Shown one piece after another: positions 46,139-56,566 of a stretch of DNA of 64,000 nucleotides (position 1 is the stretch's first letter; every line of letters starts with the position of its first letter). The notes under the pieces were generated by a model. That model saw only the letters and a list, made by a program, of their open reading frames with translations, had not been told where the DNA came from and ran no database searches. The stretch is taken from contig BOLA01000001.1 of NCBI GenBank assembly GCA_016861265.1, forward strand, positions 267,569-331,568, in the 5' to 3' direction. A program made the translations under genes and the position numbers. This DNA comes from Patescibacteria group bacterium. Its GTDB lineage: Bacteria > Patescibacteriota > Dojkabacteria > J137.

Positions 46139-46516
46139 TTATGCTGCCTCTTCTGTCTTTTCTGATTCTTGAATGTCTTCTACTTTAGCTACAATTTCTT
46201 CGAATGCCTTTTGTGCTCTCTTTTTTACTGGAGCTAATTTATTATATACAGATGGAGCTTTTGGCTCTAACATCTTTAAAATTTTGCCTAATTTATAGTT
46301 AATCTCGTCTAGTTGTCTTTGTAAGTTCATGTCACCAAAGCTACCATCTCTTCTTTGATTGCTGCCTTGCATTCTTTCAAAACAGTCACTGCAGAATACT
46401 GGCTTATTACTTGTTGGTTTGAATGGAACTTTACATTTTCTGCCGCATTCATCGCATATAGCGTCAAACATTTCTCTTGGCTCTCTTGAAGGTGCTCTGT
46501 CGTAATGATCTCTCAT
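46139..46516 (-). CDS. CxxC..CxxC zinc-ribbon protein with coiled-coil C-terminus
   Basis: FDAICDECGRKCKVPFKPTSNKPVFCSDCF. Confidence 0.55.
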   Translation of the reverse strand: MRDHYDRAPSREPREMFDAICDECGRKCKVPFKPTSNKPVFCSDCFERMQGSNQRRDGSFGDMNLQRQLDEINYKLGKILKMLEPKAPSVYNKLAPVKKRAQKAFEEIVAKVEDIQESEKTEEAA

Positions 46517-46605
46517 ATTTATGTATAAATAGTTAAATTGCTTTGTAGTTTAGCCTTTTATAGCAAAAATAGCAATATTATAGGGTAATTCGATACTAAA
46601 TATAT

Positions 46606-47157
46606 TTATAATCCGCCAGTTTCTTTTTTACCCTTCGCTCTTCTTACAAGCTCATCTCTAATTTGAACTGCATCGGCTTCTGCAATAGCGGGTAATCGCC
46701 CTTCTGCCCCCGCTCCATAGGCTCCATATTTTCCATATACAGCACTCATACCTGCTGTTTGAATCTGTAAGTCAGATAGGCCTAATAGTCTTGAAAGCAA
46801 TCCTCTGTTAATATCTACATTTTGAATTCGCTCGTAAGGGATAGTTACATACTTTTTAGTAATAATTCCTGATTCCTTGTAAAAGCCATCTTCTTTTAGT
46901 TCGTACTTGTAATTACTATAGGTTAGTTTTGCGGTAATATAACTCAAGATAATAACCACAATAGACATAAATATAAAGCCCAAAAATAGCATTACAGTTG
47001 CAGAACCGAATAGGTTTATACTGCCTCTTGAATCTTCAAGTATTCCAATGAACACCGGGAAAATAAAGCAACTACCAAAGAAAACCACAAAAATAATCCA
47101 GCCTATACTGTACTGTAGAAAAAACAACCATACAGATTTTGGATCTAATCTTTTCAT
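46606..47157 (-). CDS. bacterial PH-domain (YdbS/YdbT-like, bPH_2) membrane protein
   Basis: Two N-terminal TM helices plus IPYERIQNVDINRGLLSRLLGLSDLQIQTAG hallmark. Confidence 0.8.
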   Translation of the reverse strand: MKRLDPKSVWLFFLQYSIGWIIFVVFFGSCFIFPVFIGILEDSRGSINLFGSATVMLFLGFIFMSIVVIILSYITAKLTYSNYKYELKEDGFYKESGIITKKYVTIPYERIQNVDINRGLLSRLLGLSDLQIQTAGMSAVYGKYGAYGAGAEGRLPAIAEADAVQIRDELVRRAKGKKETGGL

Positions 47158-47234
47158 AAATAAACAAAATTAATTATTAATATGATTATATATCAAACCA
47201 ATAGCAATTTCTTACCTATTGCCTTTATTCAATA

Positions 47235-48155
47235 TTATTTATTAGTCTTTGCAGTTTCGTTACCAATTATCATAGCGTTTCTAATTTGCTCTGCTAGGTC
47301 AGTCATTCCTGCTGGGCTGTGCGGTAATAGAATTGTATTTGTATTCGATGTATGCCCAAGTTCTTTAATAGTATCAAAGTATTGAGTTAGCAATACTAAA
47401 TTCATTACATCCTGAGTTGTGGCTCCACTTACTCCATCCTTAAAGTGTTCAACCGATTCTTTTAGACCATCAATAATTGCTTTTCTTTGATCAGCAATAC
47501 CCTTACCTTGTAAAGCTTTCGATTGAGCATCGGCTTCAGCAGCCTTAACTCTCAAAATTCTATCTGCTTCTCCTTTTTCACTTGCCGCCACTCTTAGTCT
47601 TTGAGCTGCATTAATTTCGTTCATAGAATCCTTTACCTTTGCATTTGGTTCAATGTCTGTAACCAAGGCATTCATTATTTGAAATCCAAAACCCGTCATA
47701 GTTTCGTTTAGCTCTTCTTTAACTGCCAAAGCAATTTCATCTTTCTTTTCGAATAAATCGTCTAGTTTAATCTTTGGAACTTTTGCTCTAACAACATCAA
47801 ACACATAAGAATTAATCTGTTGACTTGGGTCAGCTAATTTATAAAAAGCTTCGTACACTTTTTCAGGAATAACAAAATACTGAACCGAAATTAATATGTG
47901 TACAAAAACGTTATCTTCAGTCTTTGTCTCAGCTTGAATATTTAACTGAGTCACCCTAAGACTTTGTCTTTTAACAACCTTTTCTACAAATGGAATCTTA
48001 AAATTTAAACCAGGACTAGCCATTCTTACAAATTTTCCGAATCGCTCTACAATTCCTACTGTTTGTTGTTCAACAGTGAATACAGAAAGAAAAATTAGAG
48101 TGATTACAACTAAAGCCAGGAAACCCACTACCATCAGCAAGATAAAAACATTCAT
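47235..48155 (-). CDS. SPFH/Band-7 (stomatin/HflK-C-like) protein
   Basis: N-terminal TM, QQTVGIVERFGKF.., long coiled-coil C-terminus. Confidence 0.85.
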   Translation of the reverse strand: MNVFILLMVVGFLALVVITLIFLSVFTVEQQTVGIVERFGKFVRMASPGLNFKIPFVEKVVKRQSLRVTQLNIQAETKTEDNVFVHILISVQYFVIPEKVYEAFYKLADPSQQINSYVFDVVRAKVPKIKLDDLFEKKDEIALAVKEELNETMTGFGFQIMNALVTDIEPNAKVKDSMNEINAAQRLRVAASEKGEADRILRVKAAEADAQSKALQGKGIADQRKAIIDGLKESVEHFKDGVSGATTQDVMNLVLLTQYFDTIKELGHTSNTNTILLPHSPAGMTDLAEQIRNAMIIGNETAKTNK

Positions 48156-48260
48156 ATTAAGAAGATAATAGATATATTACATTTTAGCAAATAGGATAAG
48201 CATTATAAAGGCGGCTGACTTTATTATCTAACTTCTGACAGTCAATAAATTAAAACCAGC

Positions 48261-49835
48261 TTATTTATTCTCCTTAAGAATCTCCTCAATTTGTGCCTGG
48301 GTTAATGCTAACCAAGGTGAGCTTGTTGGATCGGCTGTTGCGGCAGCAGGACTATCGCCTTGCGTCCACCATTTTGCAACATAAGGAACACCGTTGAACA
48401 TTACTCTGTTACCAGAATCGTATTGTGTTGTTCCAGACCATGCTGGGTAAGTTCCTTCGGGTAGTGTTAATTGGGCAACAGGTTTTTCACCTGGTAATAC
48501 TGGGCCAATTAATTGCCAAGGAGTCTGCCATGACTGTAGAACTGGATTATCTGGTAAGTCACCTTGAGTCCACCATTTTGCTTGATAAACATTTTTATGC
48601 CAAACAACCTTTGTACCTTCAAGATAAACGTTTAATTCACTCCAGATTTGATAAGGACTAGAAGCCGGATCGTCTATATCGTTAGTTGTTTCTTGACCAT
48701 CTTCTTGTGTAGTTACTATATTCTGCATTATTGTTCCGTCCATTTCTGAACTTAATGCATAAATAAAGGCAAGACTATCCTGTTTTATTCCACTACAGGA
48801 ATCAGAAACCATAGTCAGGTTTGCATAGTTTTCTCCACACTGAATATCTCGGTTTGCGGACCACATAGACACTCTAATAATACTCTTAGAAGCAACAAAT
48901 TTATTCAAGGCCTTTGCATCTTCGAGCGTAAAAATATCTGTTAGAACATCGTTTTGACCAATCATTGGAGTTGCTCCAATCTTCTTCCACAAAGTTGAAT
49001 CGCTTAAATTAATTCCTGCATTCTTATATAGTATACCTAGTTGCCTTTGTGTTTCTATTAAGGCTCTTTCACTCGCCTGCTCCATAGTTTGCCCTGTTAC
49101 TCTGCTTTGCCCGTAATTCATTGTCATTATATTTACTCCAGCTAAATCCACACCGTTGGCAAGCATTGCCGCTACAGCATTTGTCCCACTTTCTGTTAGT
49201 CCACTTGGAATTACAGGAAGAGTTAGCCATATTGCAAGATTCTTACCCTGATCTCTTAGTTCTTGTTGAAGATTAGCAAGAACCTGAGCTCGTCTTGCTG
49301 CTGCATCTTCAGATAACCCATTGCCTTCCAAATCAAAATCTAGAGTATAGACACTGTATTTTTCTATTACTGACTTATATGCAGCTGATAATTTTTGAGA
49401 ATCGGTACAATTAGTTGCTAATTCATCGTTTAGTAGTCCTCCAAAGGAAACAGCAATATCTCCACCTAACTGTCTTAGCCTGGCAATTCTTCTATCAAGG
49501 TCTAACTGTGCATTCGCCTTATCTAGGGAATATGCCTTCCCCCAACTTGGAATGCAAGCATCTTCGGCAGAAGATACAATAAACGATAGAACAACATTTT
49601 TTGCTGGTGTTGTTCCTAATTTTTCGAAGTCATAGTATGGAGTTGCAGTTACATCTACATAAGGAGCGAACCATGGGTTTGAATTGCCTATAAATCGATT
49701 GTCCTGCCATTGCCTAAAACTTAGGAATGCAAAATAAGATAATCCTGCAATAACTACTAAAGCTAAGACAACTCTAATAGGAGATAACCTTCTTACTGGT
49801 CCTTCTGTTTTTTTGATTTCTTTTTCTGTGTTCAT
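48261..49835 (-). CDS. GH18 chitinase-like hydrolase with two C-terminal CBM5/12 chitin-binding modules
   Basis: YTLDFDLEG (DxDxE catalytic motif), two copies of ..W....Y..G..V...G..Y.AKWWTQGD.P......PW. Confidence 0.75.
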   Translation of the reverse strand: MNTEKEIKKTEGPVRRLSPIRVVLALVVIAGLSYFAFLSFRQWQDNRFIGNSNPWFAPYVDVTATPYYDFEKLGTTPAKNVVLSFIVSSAEDACIPSWGKAYSLDKANAQLDLDRRIARLRQLGGDIAVSFGGLLNDELATNCTDSQKLSAAYKSVIEKYSVYTLDFDLEGNGLSEDAAARRAQVLANLQQELRDQGKNLAIWLTLPVIPSGLTESGTNAVAAMLANGVDLAGVNIMTMNYGQSRVTGQTMEQASERALIETQRQLGILYKNAGINLSDSTLWKKIGATPMIGQNDVLTDIFTLEDAKALNKFVASKSIIRVSMWSANRDIQCGENYANLTMVSDSCSGIKQDSLAFIYALSSEMDGTIMQNIVTTQEDGQETTNDIDDPASSPYQIWSELNVYLEGTKVVWHKNVYQAKWWTQGDLPDNPVLQSWQTPWQLIGPVLPGEKPVAQLTLPEGTYPAWSGTTQYDSGNRVMFNGVPYVAKWWTQGDSPAAATADPTSSPWLALTQAQIEEILKENK

Positions 49836-52132
49836 TATTTACTTTCTGATACTGTATCAACAACTAAATTTTTTAAAGATAAGTGAGGCACTTTTCCTTT
49901 ATTTTCACCATTGTAAAGTACTGCCTTCCAATCAATTTCAGAAGCATTTTCTGCGATTTTCTGTTCCTGCTTAGGTTTTACATCTACATACAACCAGCTA
50001 GTTAATCCTAACCAGATATCGGTTAATAAATTGCCAAAACCTATATACGCTGCAATAGCATAAGTTGCTGCTAAGGCATTTAATGCTGCAAAGGCTGCAT
50101 TACCCCAGTTCTGATCCGCTACATTTATTAAGAATATATATACCGAGAATGCAACAATACCAACTGGAACGGCTACAAACAAAAGCGATGCTGCAGTTCT
50201 GTTTTTAATTTTTGGGGTTCTAGCAAATGGAATTTTTTTACCGGTTAATGCCTGCTCAATGGATTTAATTACACCGGCAAGGTTTACAGGTAATAGAATT
50301 AGATTAAAGCCGTAAATTCCAAGTATATCTAAGTAGCTATAACGGCAATACTTTAGGTCTACAGCCTGTGCAATAAAGTATGGCAAGGCAGTTAATAGAA
50401 CCAATGTACTTAGTAAATGACCATTAAACGGGTAGGCTAATAGAAACACCAAACCAAAACTTGCCCATGCAATTGATGCCATGTAGTTTACCCTTAGCAT
50501 TATTTCAATTCTTGAAACATATTCGTTTCTTCGCTTCTTTTCTCTAATCATTGCAAACAGCTTAGGCAATATCAGTAAACCACCATTCGCCCATCTTCTT
50601 CTTTGAATAACTAAAGATCCAAAGTCGGGCGGTGTGGCACTGTAGCTTAATCTTTCCGGATAGTTTACTAGCTTCCATCCGTGAACTGCCAAGTCAATGC
50701 TTGATTCGGTATCTTCAATAACTGTTCTATCTTGTATAAACCTTTTAATTTCAAAACCGCCTATCCATTCTTTTTCTACAATATCGTTAAGTGCAATTTT
50801 TCGAATAACAGCATTAGCACCTACCCAAAATGTTGCGCCATACTGGCTCATTCCTTGGTGCAAAATATGTTGTACATCGGTTGTAGCTCCAGAAATTCGT
50901 TCAATTCTTGTAAATGCTCCTCTAAAAGAAGAATACGGAGTTTGAGTTACGGCCACTCTTTCGTTGCCTGGCTGCTGTAAAAAGTACACTAATCTTAAAC
51001 AATAGTCTTTAAGCAAAATTGAGTCTGCATCTAGAGTTAATAAGAATTCGCTATCAGGAATTTGAATATCGTATTCCTCTCCTTCTTCTGCTGCTACTAG
51101 AATTGTTCCATCTGGTGTCTGCTCAAACTTATAATTTGCCCCCATTAATCCAATGTACGAATTCAAGTTCATTGCTTTGTTTGCTTCCTTAGAAAGAGAT
51201 GCATATTTTTTTCTTTCAAAGTATGTAAGTTCACACTTAAAAATCCATAATAACCTTTTATACAATTGGTTAATTCTTTCTTTAGAAAGTTGAGCACCTT
51301 CTTTTACAGCTAGGTCCAGAGCCTGAGAAACTAGTTTTAAGTCTTCCGCTAGTTCGTTTAGTACTTGATCTCTAAAGAATACATCTACATGATCTTCTAT
51401 TTGCTCTTCCCTAGCCATTTTAAATAGGTATTCAGCTGCCCAAAGATAATGTTCCGACAATTCCTTAATTACGGGTGCCGGAATAAGCGAGTTATTATTG
51501 TATTTATGTTCAAAGCTTTCGAATGCATTATTGAATCTATCGAAGGGGACTGCCAATAAATACTCTATTTCCTTGGCTATGTTTCTGGTTTGGTTTAGTC
51601 TTTCAAGTGCTGCAGGATTTGTGGGATTGGGATTATCATCTAGTAAAAGAACCACTCTTTTCTGTGGATATTCCTGAATTGCCGCAGAGAATAAAGTTTT
51701 TCTTATTACATCAGGTTCTTCATTATAAGAAGGCACGAGTACTGTAATTGCTGAGTCGCTATGCGAGAAATGCTTTTCTAATACAGAATGCGGTACTCTT
51801 ACATGTTTACTGAATCTTTCGAATGCACCTAGTCTTGCAATTAAATACATTAGAGCCGAAAATGTCAAAAAAGTTACAACAGCCGCATAGGTAAATGCCT
51901 CCATTGTAAAGTCGTACCCTTGAGGTGTATCTATTAATTGTCTAATTATTATTGAAAGTATGTATGTTATCCAGAAGAAGATTGTGAGAAAGATTGCGAT
52001 TCTACTTAAAACTAGTTTAGTAGTTGACGGTCTTTCGTGAAGCCACGGCAAAGGCACCATATTTTTTTCACTTCCCCACTGCCTTTTTTGATTAATAATA
52101 GGGTCGCTTTTTGTTTTTTTGTTCTTGAACAT
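49835..52132 (-). CDS. processive family-2 glycosyltransferase (cellulose/chitin-synthase family), multi-TM
   Basis: VLVPSYNEEPDV, LDADSIL, TED-like, QRRRWANG (QxxRW), N- and C-terminal TM bundles; start overlaps the chitinase gene stop. Confidence 0.8.
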   Translation of the reverse strand: MFKNKKTKSDPIINQKRQWGSEKNMVPLPWLHERPSTTKLVLSRIAIFLTIFFWITYILSIIIRQLIDTPQGYDFTMEAFTYAAVVTFLTFSALMYLIARLGAFERFSKHVRVPHSVLEKHFSHSDSAITVLVPSYNEEPDVIRKTLFSAAIQEYPQKRVVLLLDDNPNPTNPAALERLNQTRNIAKEIEYLLAVPFDRFNNAFESFEHKYNNNSLIPAPVIKELSEHYLWAAEYLFKMAREEQIEDHVDVFFRDQVLNELAEDLKLVSQALDLAVKEGAQLSKERINQLYKRLLWIFKCELTYFERKKYASLSKEANKAMNLNSYIGLMGANYKFEQTPDGTILVAAEEGEEYDIQIPDSEFLLTLDADSILLKDYCLRLVYFLQQPGNERVAVTQTPYSSFRGAFTRIERISGATTDVQHILHQGMSQYGATFWVGANAVIRKIALNDIVEKEWIGGFEIKRFIQDRTVIEDTESSIDLAVHGWKLVNYPERLSYSATPPDFGSLVIQRRRWANGGLLILPKLFAMIREKKRRNEYVSRIEIMLRVNYMASIAWASFGLVFLLAYPFNGHLLSTLVLLTALPYFIAQAVDLKYCRYSYLDILGIYGFNLILLPVNLAGVIKSIEQALTGKKIPFARTPKIKNRTAASLLFVAVPVGIVAFSVYIFLINVADQNWGNAAFAALNALAATYAIAAYIGFGNLLTDIWLGLTSWLYVDVKPKQEQKIAENASEIDWKAVLYNGENKGKVPHLSLKNLVVDTVSESK

Positions 52133-52252
52133 AGTTATATATACTGTATCTATTCAAATTTACCCAGAAATCTAATCCACAATAATAACACGAAAGTGCA
52201 ACAAAGATAATGTTCTGGTGCATAATCAATTTGAATATTAGTTACAGTAATC

Positions 52253-52560
52253 ACTCTCCGCTGTAGCATCAACGGCTATAACCGGCAAAGACCTTGCCAA
52301 TGCTTTATTTTCACCTTCCAGATAATCCAGCCAACAGATTGCATTCGATGCAGTTTCGGCATCGTCCATATGAGTAGCTATATAATTAGGATCGGTTTGA
52401 GAAATTGAATTCTTCTGACGTAAATCAATTACCCCGAAGTCGAAGCCTACATTGTGATTTTGCCTTATACCTACTTCTATTGCTATAACTTCGTCTTTAT
52501 TAAATAGCAGACTTGGACTACTATAGGTTATTCCTAAAGCTTTGGCGAGAGTGTTAATAA
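52253..52560 (-). pseudogene. ORF remnant without ATG start, possibly RNase H-like
   Basis: About 100-codon stop-to-stop frame (..ATHMDDAETASNAICWLDYLEGENKALARSLPVIAVD..) with no in-frame ATG near its 5' end. Confidence 0.25.
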
Positions 52561-53235
52561 GTGATCAAATTTATAGATAATTCCGCATTTAGAAATAAAT
52601 TCAATTAAATATTGCACTTCACCTTCCTGGTCGTATTTTGAGGCTCTCCATAAATATGCGTCGGCTGGCATTCTTACTGTCACCGAATTGCTTTCCGGAT
52701 TAAATCTTAACCCGCCATGAGTCTTGTAATCAGTTCCTCGCACTTGGCCTGGGTAAAGTATGGATACAGCAAGCGATAAATCAGCCGGGCTTGAAAACTC
52801 AAGCGGGTCTGTACAGGCTGGCGCATTAACTGGTGCAATCCAATTTGGCATATCGTATGTCCATATAATACCGTCAACATCTGTTTGAACTGCGGTAGAT
52901 ATATTTTTCTTAACCCCTGGGCAATTTGCTTCAATCCATACTTTTTGTTCTTCGCTAAAACTATACTTTTGACTACCTATATATGCATAAGAAGGATTTC
53001 CGAATCTAAGTTCATCCACACAAGTATTGTCAGTTATTGGTATAACTATTTCTTGTTGATCAACAGGCTGCGAAACAATCAAGCTGCTGTCTTCATAGAT
53101 TTGATCTATATTATTATCAATACTAGGTGTTGCTAAATTAGAGACAATAACTACAACTGAAATTACAAGCATTACACTTATACTTACTAAAATTGGTAAC
53201 CTGTATTTTTTTAATACTAATATTGTTGAGTTCAA
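52534..53235 (-). CDS. secreted/anchored hypothetical protein
   Basis: N-terminal TM/signal; no known motif. Confidence 0.4.
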   Translation of the reverse strand: MNSTILVLKKYRLPILVSISVMLVISVVVIVSNLATPSIDNNIDQIYEDSSLIVSQPVDQQEIVIPITDNTCVDELRFGNPSYAYIGSQKYSFSEEQKVWIEANCPGVKKNISTAVQTDVDGIIWTYDMPNWIAPVNAPACTDPLEFSSPADLSLAVSILYPGQVRGTDYKTHGGLRFNPESNSVTVRMPADAYLWRASKYDQEGEVQYLIEFISKCGIIYKFDHLLTLSPKL

Positions 53236-53239
53236 ATTT

Positions 53240-53673
53240 ATATATATTGTTAAAATGAACCTGTCGTAACCTGACCGTCTCTTTTATAGCTCGCAATAAT
53301 TACTCCGCTAGGCGAATTCTTACATTCTATTAGTTTATACGCCGCAGGAACAGTTCCGTTATCGAATAGTTTTTTGCCAGCTGTGCTCTTTAAGTGTTGT
53401 TGAAACTACATACTTGGTTGCACTATTAATTCCTTCACCTTCTTGAGTATGTTCTGGCCAGTATGCGGCAAAAATTTCGAAAGTTTTTCTACCTAAAAGT
53501 AGGTCAAAAGGTACAGACATTTGTTTGCCCATTTCTTGTCCCACAAACTCGTCAAAATAAGGAACGCTCCAACCACCTAATGTAAAGTTCCCAGTGGTGT
53601 CTTCGTGCGGTCCACCTGGAGCTTGCATTACTCCATCCATTGACATAAAAGTAAGTACTACAATTTTTCGCAT
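53240..53673 (-). pseudogene. RibD_C/dihydrofolate-reductase-like gene disrupted by frameshift at an A6 tract (and likely internal deletion)
   Basis: N-terminal part in frame (MRKIVVLTFMSMDGVMQAPGG...) stops at 53359; C-terminal part (..KLFDNGTVPAAYKLIECKNSPSGVIIASYKRDGQV) continues in the +1 frame after GGCAAAAAACT. Confidence 0.5.
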
Positions 53674-53730
53674 ACTAGATAATTAACTTTTAATTTAATT
53701 ATTATACTTTTATTTAAGTTCAAACTAAAT

Positions 53731-53982
53731 TTATTCTGAATAACTTGCCATTATTTCTTTAATTTTTCTGAATGTGTTGCAATTGCGTACAGTTGAGTTT
53801 TTATATATAGGAGTTCCAATTATTTTTAATAATCCGCTTTTTGTAACCTTGTCACGGTCAATTCTCCATAAAACTGCACCATCTGTATATTTAACATCGT
53901 CAATTCCTGGTTTAATTGTTAGTTGGTCTAAGATCTCCTTCTTATTAATATTGTCCCACAAGAATATTATATCGCATTTCAT
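53731..53982 (-). CDS. hypothetical protein (frame stays open about 40 codons upstream without an ATG)
   Basis: 83-aa ORF; no motif. Confidence 0.3.
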   Translation of the reverse strand: MKCDIIFLWDNINKKEILDQLTIKPGIDDVKYTDGAVLWRIDRDKVTKSGLLKIIGTPIYKNSTVRNCNTFRKIKEIMASYSE

Positions 53983-54126
53983 TTCTGTATTATTTAACCA
54001 GTTGTCGGGAAGGTGTTTTGAAATATTTAAAATCTCGTGTTCAGTTGGAGATTTCGTAATTAAACTGTATTCTAAGCTTGAACGTGCTGTATTTGAACGA
54101 AAGCGTTCGCTATATACTAATCATTA

Positions 54127-54651
54127 TTATTTATATACGATATCACTTAGAAACTTTAGTTCTACTTCAGGTGCCTCAAAAGCACCCAAATCACCATGTC
54201 TTGGTGCATCTGGTCTTTTGTCAATTGCAAATTCCAAAGCCATTTTGGCATATCTTTTTGCCTCATCAATTTTACCTAGTTCTTTACATAACCAGGCCGC
54301 ATGATATGTAAATTCATATTTGTTATATTTAAAAAAATCAAAATCTATATCATGCTCCTTTGTCAATTTATATGCTTCATGGTACCTATCTTTTTTACCT
54401 AAAATTAGAATTAACTTTATAAGCTTCATATCTGCATTTGAATAAATACCCCCCTTTTTTAGTTTTTTCATTTGGACATCATCCAGCCATAATAAATCAG
54501 AAACTTCTAATGCTTTATCAAAAGAGCCCTCTTTAATGTAAATTCCTGTCAAATCCTCCATTGCCATCTTTACTTGGAAATCTTCTTCAGCATATTCATT
54601 AATAACTCTATTTAAAAGCTCCTTCTTTATGTCCATATAGTTAAGAGACAA
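54127..54651 (-). CDS. hypothetical helical (TPR-like) protein
   Basis: 174 aa, helical repeats. Confidence 0.35.
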   Translation of the reverse strand: MSLNYMDIKKELLNRVINEYAEEDFQVKMAMEDLTGIYIKEGSFDKALEVSDLLWLDDVQMKKLKKGGIYSNADMKLIKLILILGKKDRYHEAYKLTKEHDIDFDFFKYNKYEFTYHAAWLCKELGKIDEAKRYAKMALEFAIDKRPDAPRHGDLGAFEAPEVELKFLSDIVYK

Positions 54652-54821
54652 ATTTCCAGCCTGTAACCTTATATATTGGGCTTTATTATAATTGCTTTTA
54701 GATCTAGATAACCTCTTTTCAAAGTTCTCGGCAATTTTATTATTCCACTCTTCATTTTCATACTATTTGTTATTCTTCATATTGACTGTATGATCTTTAG
54801 GATTTACATCTATAAATTCGT

Positions 54822-55301
54822 TTAACTCTGCACTACATATTCCCAATCAGTTATTAAGTTTTGATCTAGTAATTTATTCAATTCCATCTTTATTGAATCT
54901 TTTGAATTCTCTCCATCTAGATCAACTCCTATCATATTAATTTTAGAAGGATCTAAAACGCAACCTAAATCTACGAGATGTTGCATAACTTTTACTTGTT
55001 CTTCCTCTGATAACCTTGTATTAAATATAAATCTTGCGGAAGTATTTTTACTTCTGTACTTCAGCTTCGTTATGATGTCAGTATTTTTATCAACTTCAAC
55101 AACATCATATCTTTGAAACCCATAAACAAAGTGAGGTATTGAAACAATTATATAAAGATTGTCACCTATATAACGTGCTGCAAGATTTTCTTCATCATAA
55201 TCCTTACTCCATACATCGTCCGTAATCTTAACAAGCACAGCAGAATCAGGCTGAAGATTATTATTATGCATATGAGAATGTATATAAAGTCGATTTGTCA
55301 T
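54822..55301 (-). CDS. hypothetical protein, possible orphan immunity protein
   Basis: Position in the array downstream of the Rhs toxin gene; no motif. Confidence 0.3.
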   Translation of the reverse strand: MTNRLYIHSHMHNNNLQPDSAVLVKITDDVWSKDYDEENLAARYIGDNLYIIVSIPHFVYGFQRYDVVEVDKNTDIITKLKYRSKNTSARFIFNTRLSEEEQVKVMQHLVDLGCVLDPSKINMIGVDLDGENSKDSIKMELNKLLDQNLITDWEYVVQS

Positions 55302-55591
55302 GAATGTATTATGAATAACGGTGTATAATCAATTAATTAATTTTCCTAAGCTGTTTTCTTGCTGATTTAATAACACTTCAAGATTCTCTGCTATTTTTGG
55401 ATCATTAGTTGTTGTATTAATAAAACTGTTAATGATTTTCTCTAATTCTGACATAAATTTAGCAGCTAATATAAGTACTCATAATCGGGGTTAGCTATCT
55501 TTAGTTCTATTCTTTCTGCAAACGCCATCGGTCCCATTACTGCATCATCATAAGAAATTGATTTAAATTTTTAAGAAATGTTCATAAATAT

Positions 55592-56167
55592 TTATAGTTT
55601 TCTTGCTACTCTAAGTGAATATGGCTCTTTACTGAATAAGTATGTATTAACAATCTCTCCTTCTTTAAATTTGTGTGAATAAATAATCTTATCTGGCTTA
55701 CTTTCTTCACTAGGAGATACATTAAAAATATTTTCAGGGATTGGCTCTAGTATTTTTAGTATGCGGAACTTTAAATCATTTGTAATTACAGCATAGCTTT
55801 TTAAAAAGCGACTGTCACTATTTATAATTGGTAAATAAACTGTATATAAATAATCCCATTTATTTTTTAGGAAAAATTCTTCAAAGAAAACCTTTAACAC
55901 TTTCTCTAAGTTGTTGAAACTAAAAAACGATAAGAAGTTATCATTAACAACTTCAACCGTCATCCAATCATCTATACTGTTATCAATAGATAACTCAATA
56001 GATTGTGTACTTAAACAAGTGTTCTTTAAGTTAATTTTTAGTTCCATAGTTAAGTAAAAATTAGGATTAACTATAGTTTTAATTGTAATTGGATCCTCAT
56101 ATTCCTTAACTCCATCTCTGTGCAGTTCGTACCACTTAACTAGTTTTGTATAGTTGTCCATAAACAA
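55592..56167 (-). CDS. hypothetical protein, possible immunity protein
   Basis: Abuts 56168-56566 with no spacer; AT-rich, no motif. Confidence 0.3.
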   Translation of the reverse strand: MFMDNYTKLVKWYELHRDGVKEYEDPITIKTIVNPNFYLTMELKINLKNTCLSTQSIELSIDNSIDDWMTVEVVNDNFLSFFSFNNLEKVLKVFFEEFFLKNKWDYLYTVYLPIINSDSRFLKSYAVITNDLKFRILKILEPIPENIFNVSPSEESKPDKIIYSHKFKEGEIVNTYLFSKEPYSLRVARKL

Positions 56168-56566
56168 TTAATTATAAATTAAAAATTGCTCGGCAAGCTT
56201 AAGTAGTTCGCCCTTTAAAAACTGACCTTCTACTAAATAATTTACATCGTCTTTATTTAGGTTTTCTAGAAATCCAAGATACACTAAAGTATCATAATAA
56301 TTTATATTCAAGCTTAAGAGACCCTCTAAAAAACTAATCACATTTTCTCTAACCAAATTATTATTTTTATATAAACCTGTAAAAAAGACCGCTAACTCAC
56401 TTATCAGCAGATAAGGAATAACCTCATTATAAGTTTGAGTATGTTCAATAAGTTCCCTGTTAAACTCTGGAATAGAGTTCTCTATTGTTCGTCTTAAATA
56501 TTCGCCCGGAAATCTATTTGATAAAGTTTTGTTTATATTATTCATTTGGTTTACATTTAAAAGCAT
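56168..56566 (-). CDS. candidate cognate immunity protein of the Rhs toxin
   Basis: Starts 29 nt before the Rhs gene stop on the same strand (classic toxin-immunity arrangement). Confidence 0.45.
   Translation of the reverse strand: MLLNVNQMNNINKTLSNRFPGEYLRRTIENSIPEFNRELIEHTQTYNEVIPYLLISELAVFFTGLYKNNNLVRENVISFLEGLLSLNINYYDTLVYLGFLENLNKDDVNYLVEGQFLKGELLKLAEQFLIYN

Noticed and set aside
50697-50980. Plus-strand ORFs inside the GT2 synthase gene
   Set aside because: Antisense to the frame containing the QxxRW and D,D,D motifs.
52707-53136. ORFs 52707-52934(-) and 52885-53136(+) overlapping 52534-53235
   Set aside because: Alternative frames; the 233-aa frame has the N-terminal signal/TM and is retained, with low confidence.
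53774-54311. Plus-strand ORFs 53774-54304 and 54078-54311
   Set aside because: Low-complexity translations overlapping two minus-strand genes; no RBS.
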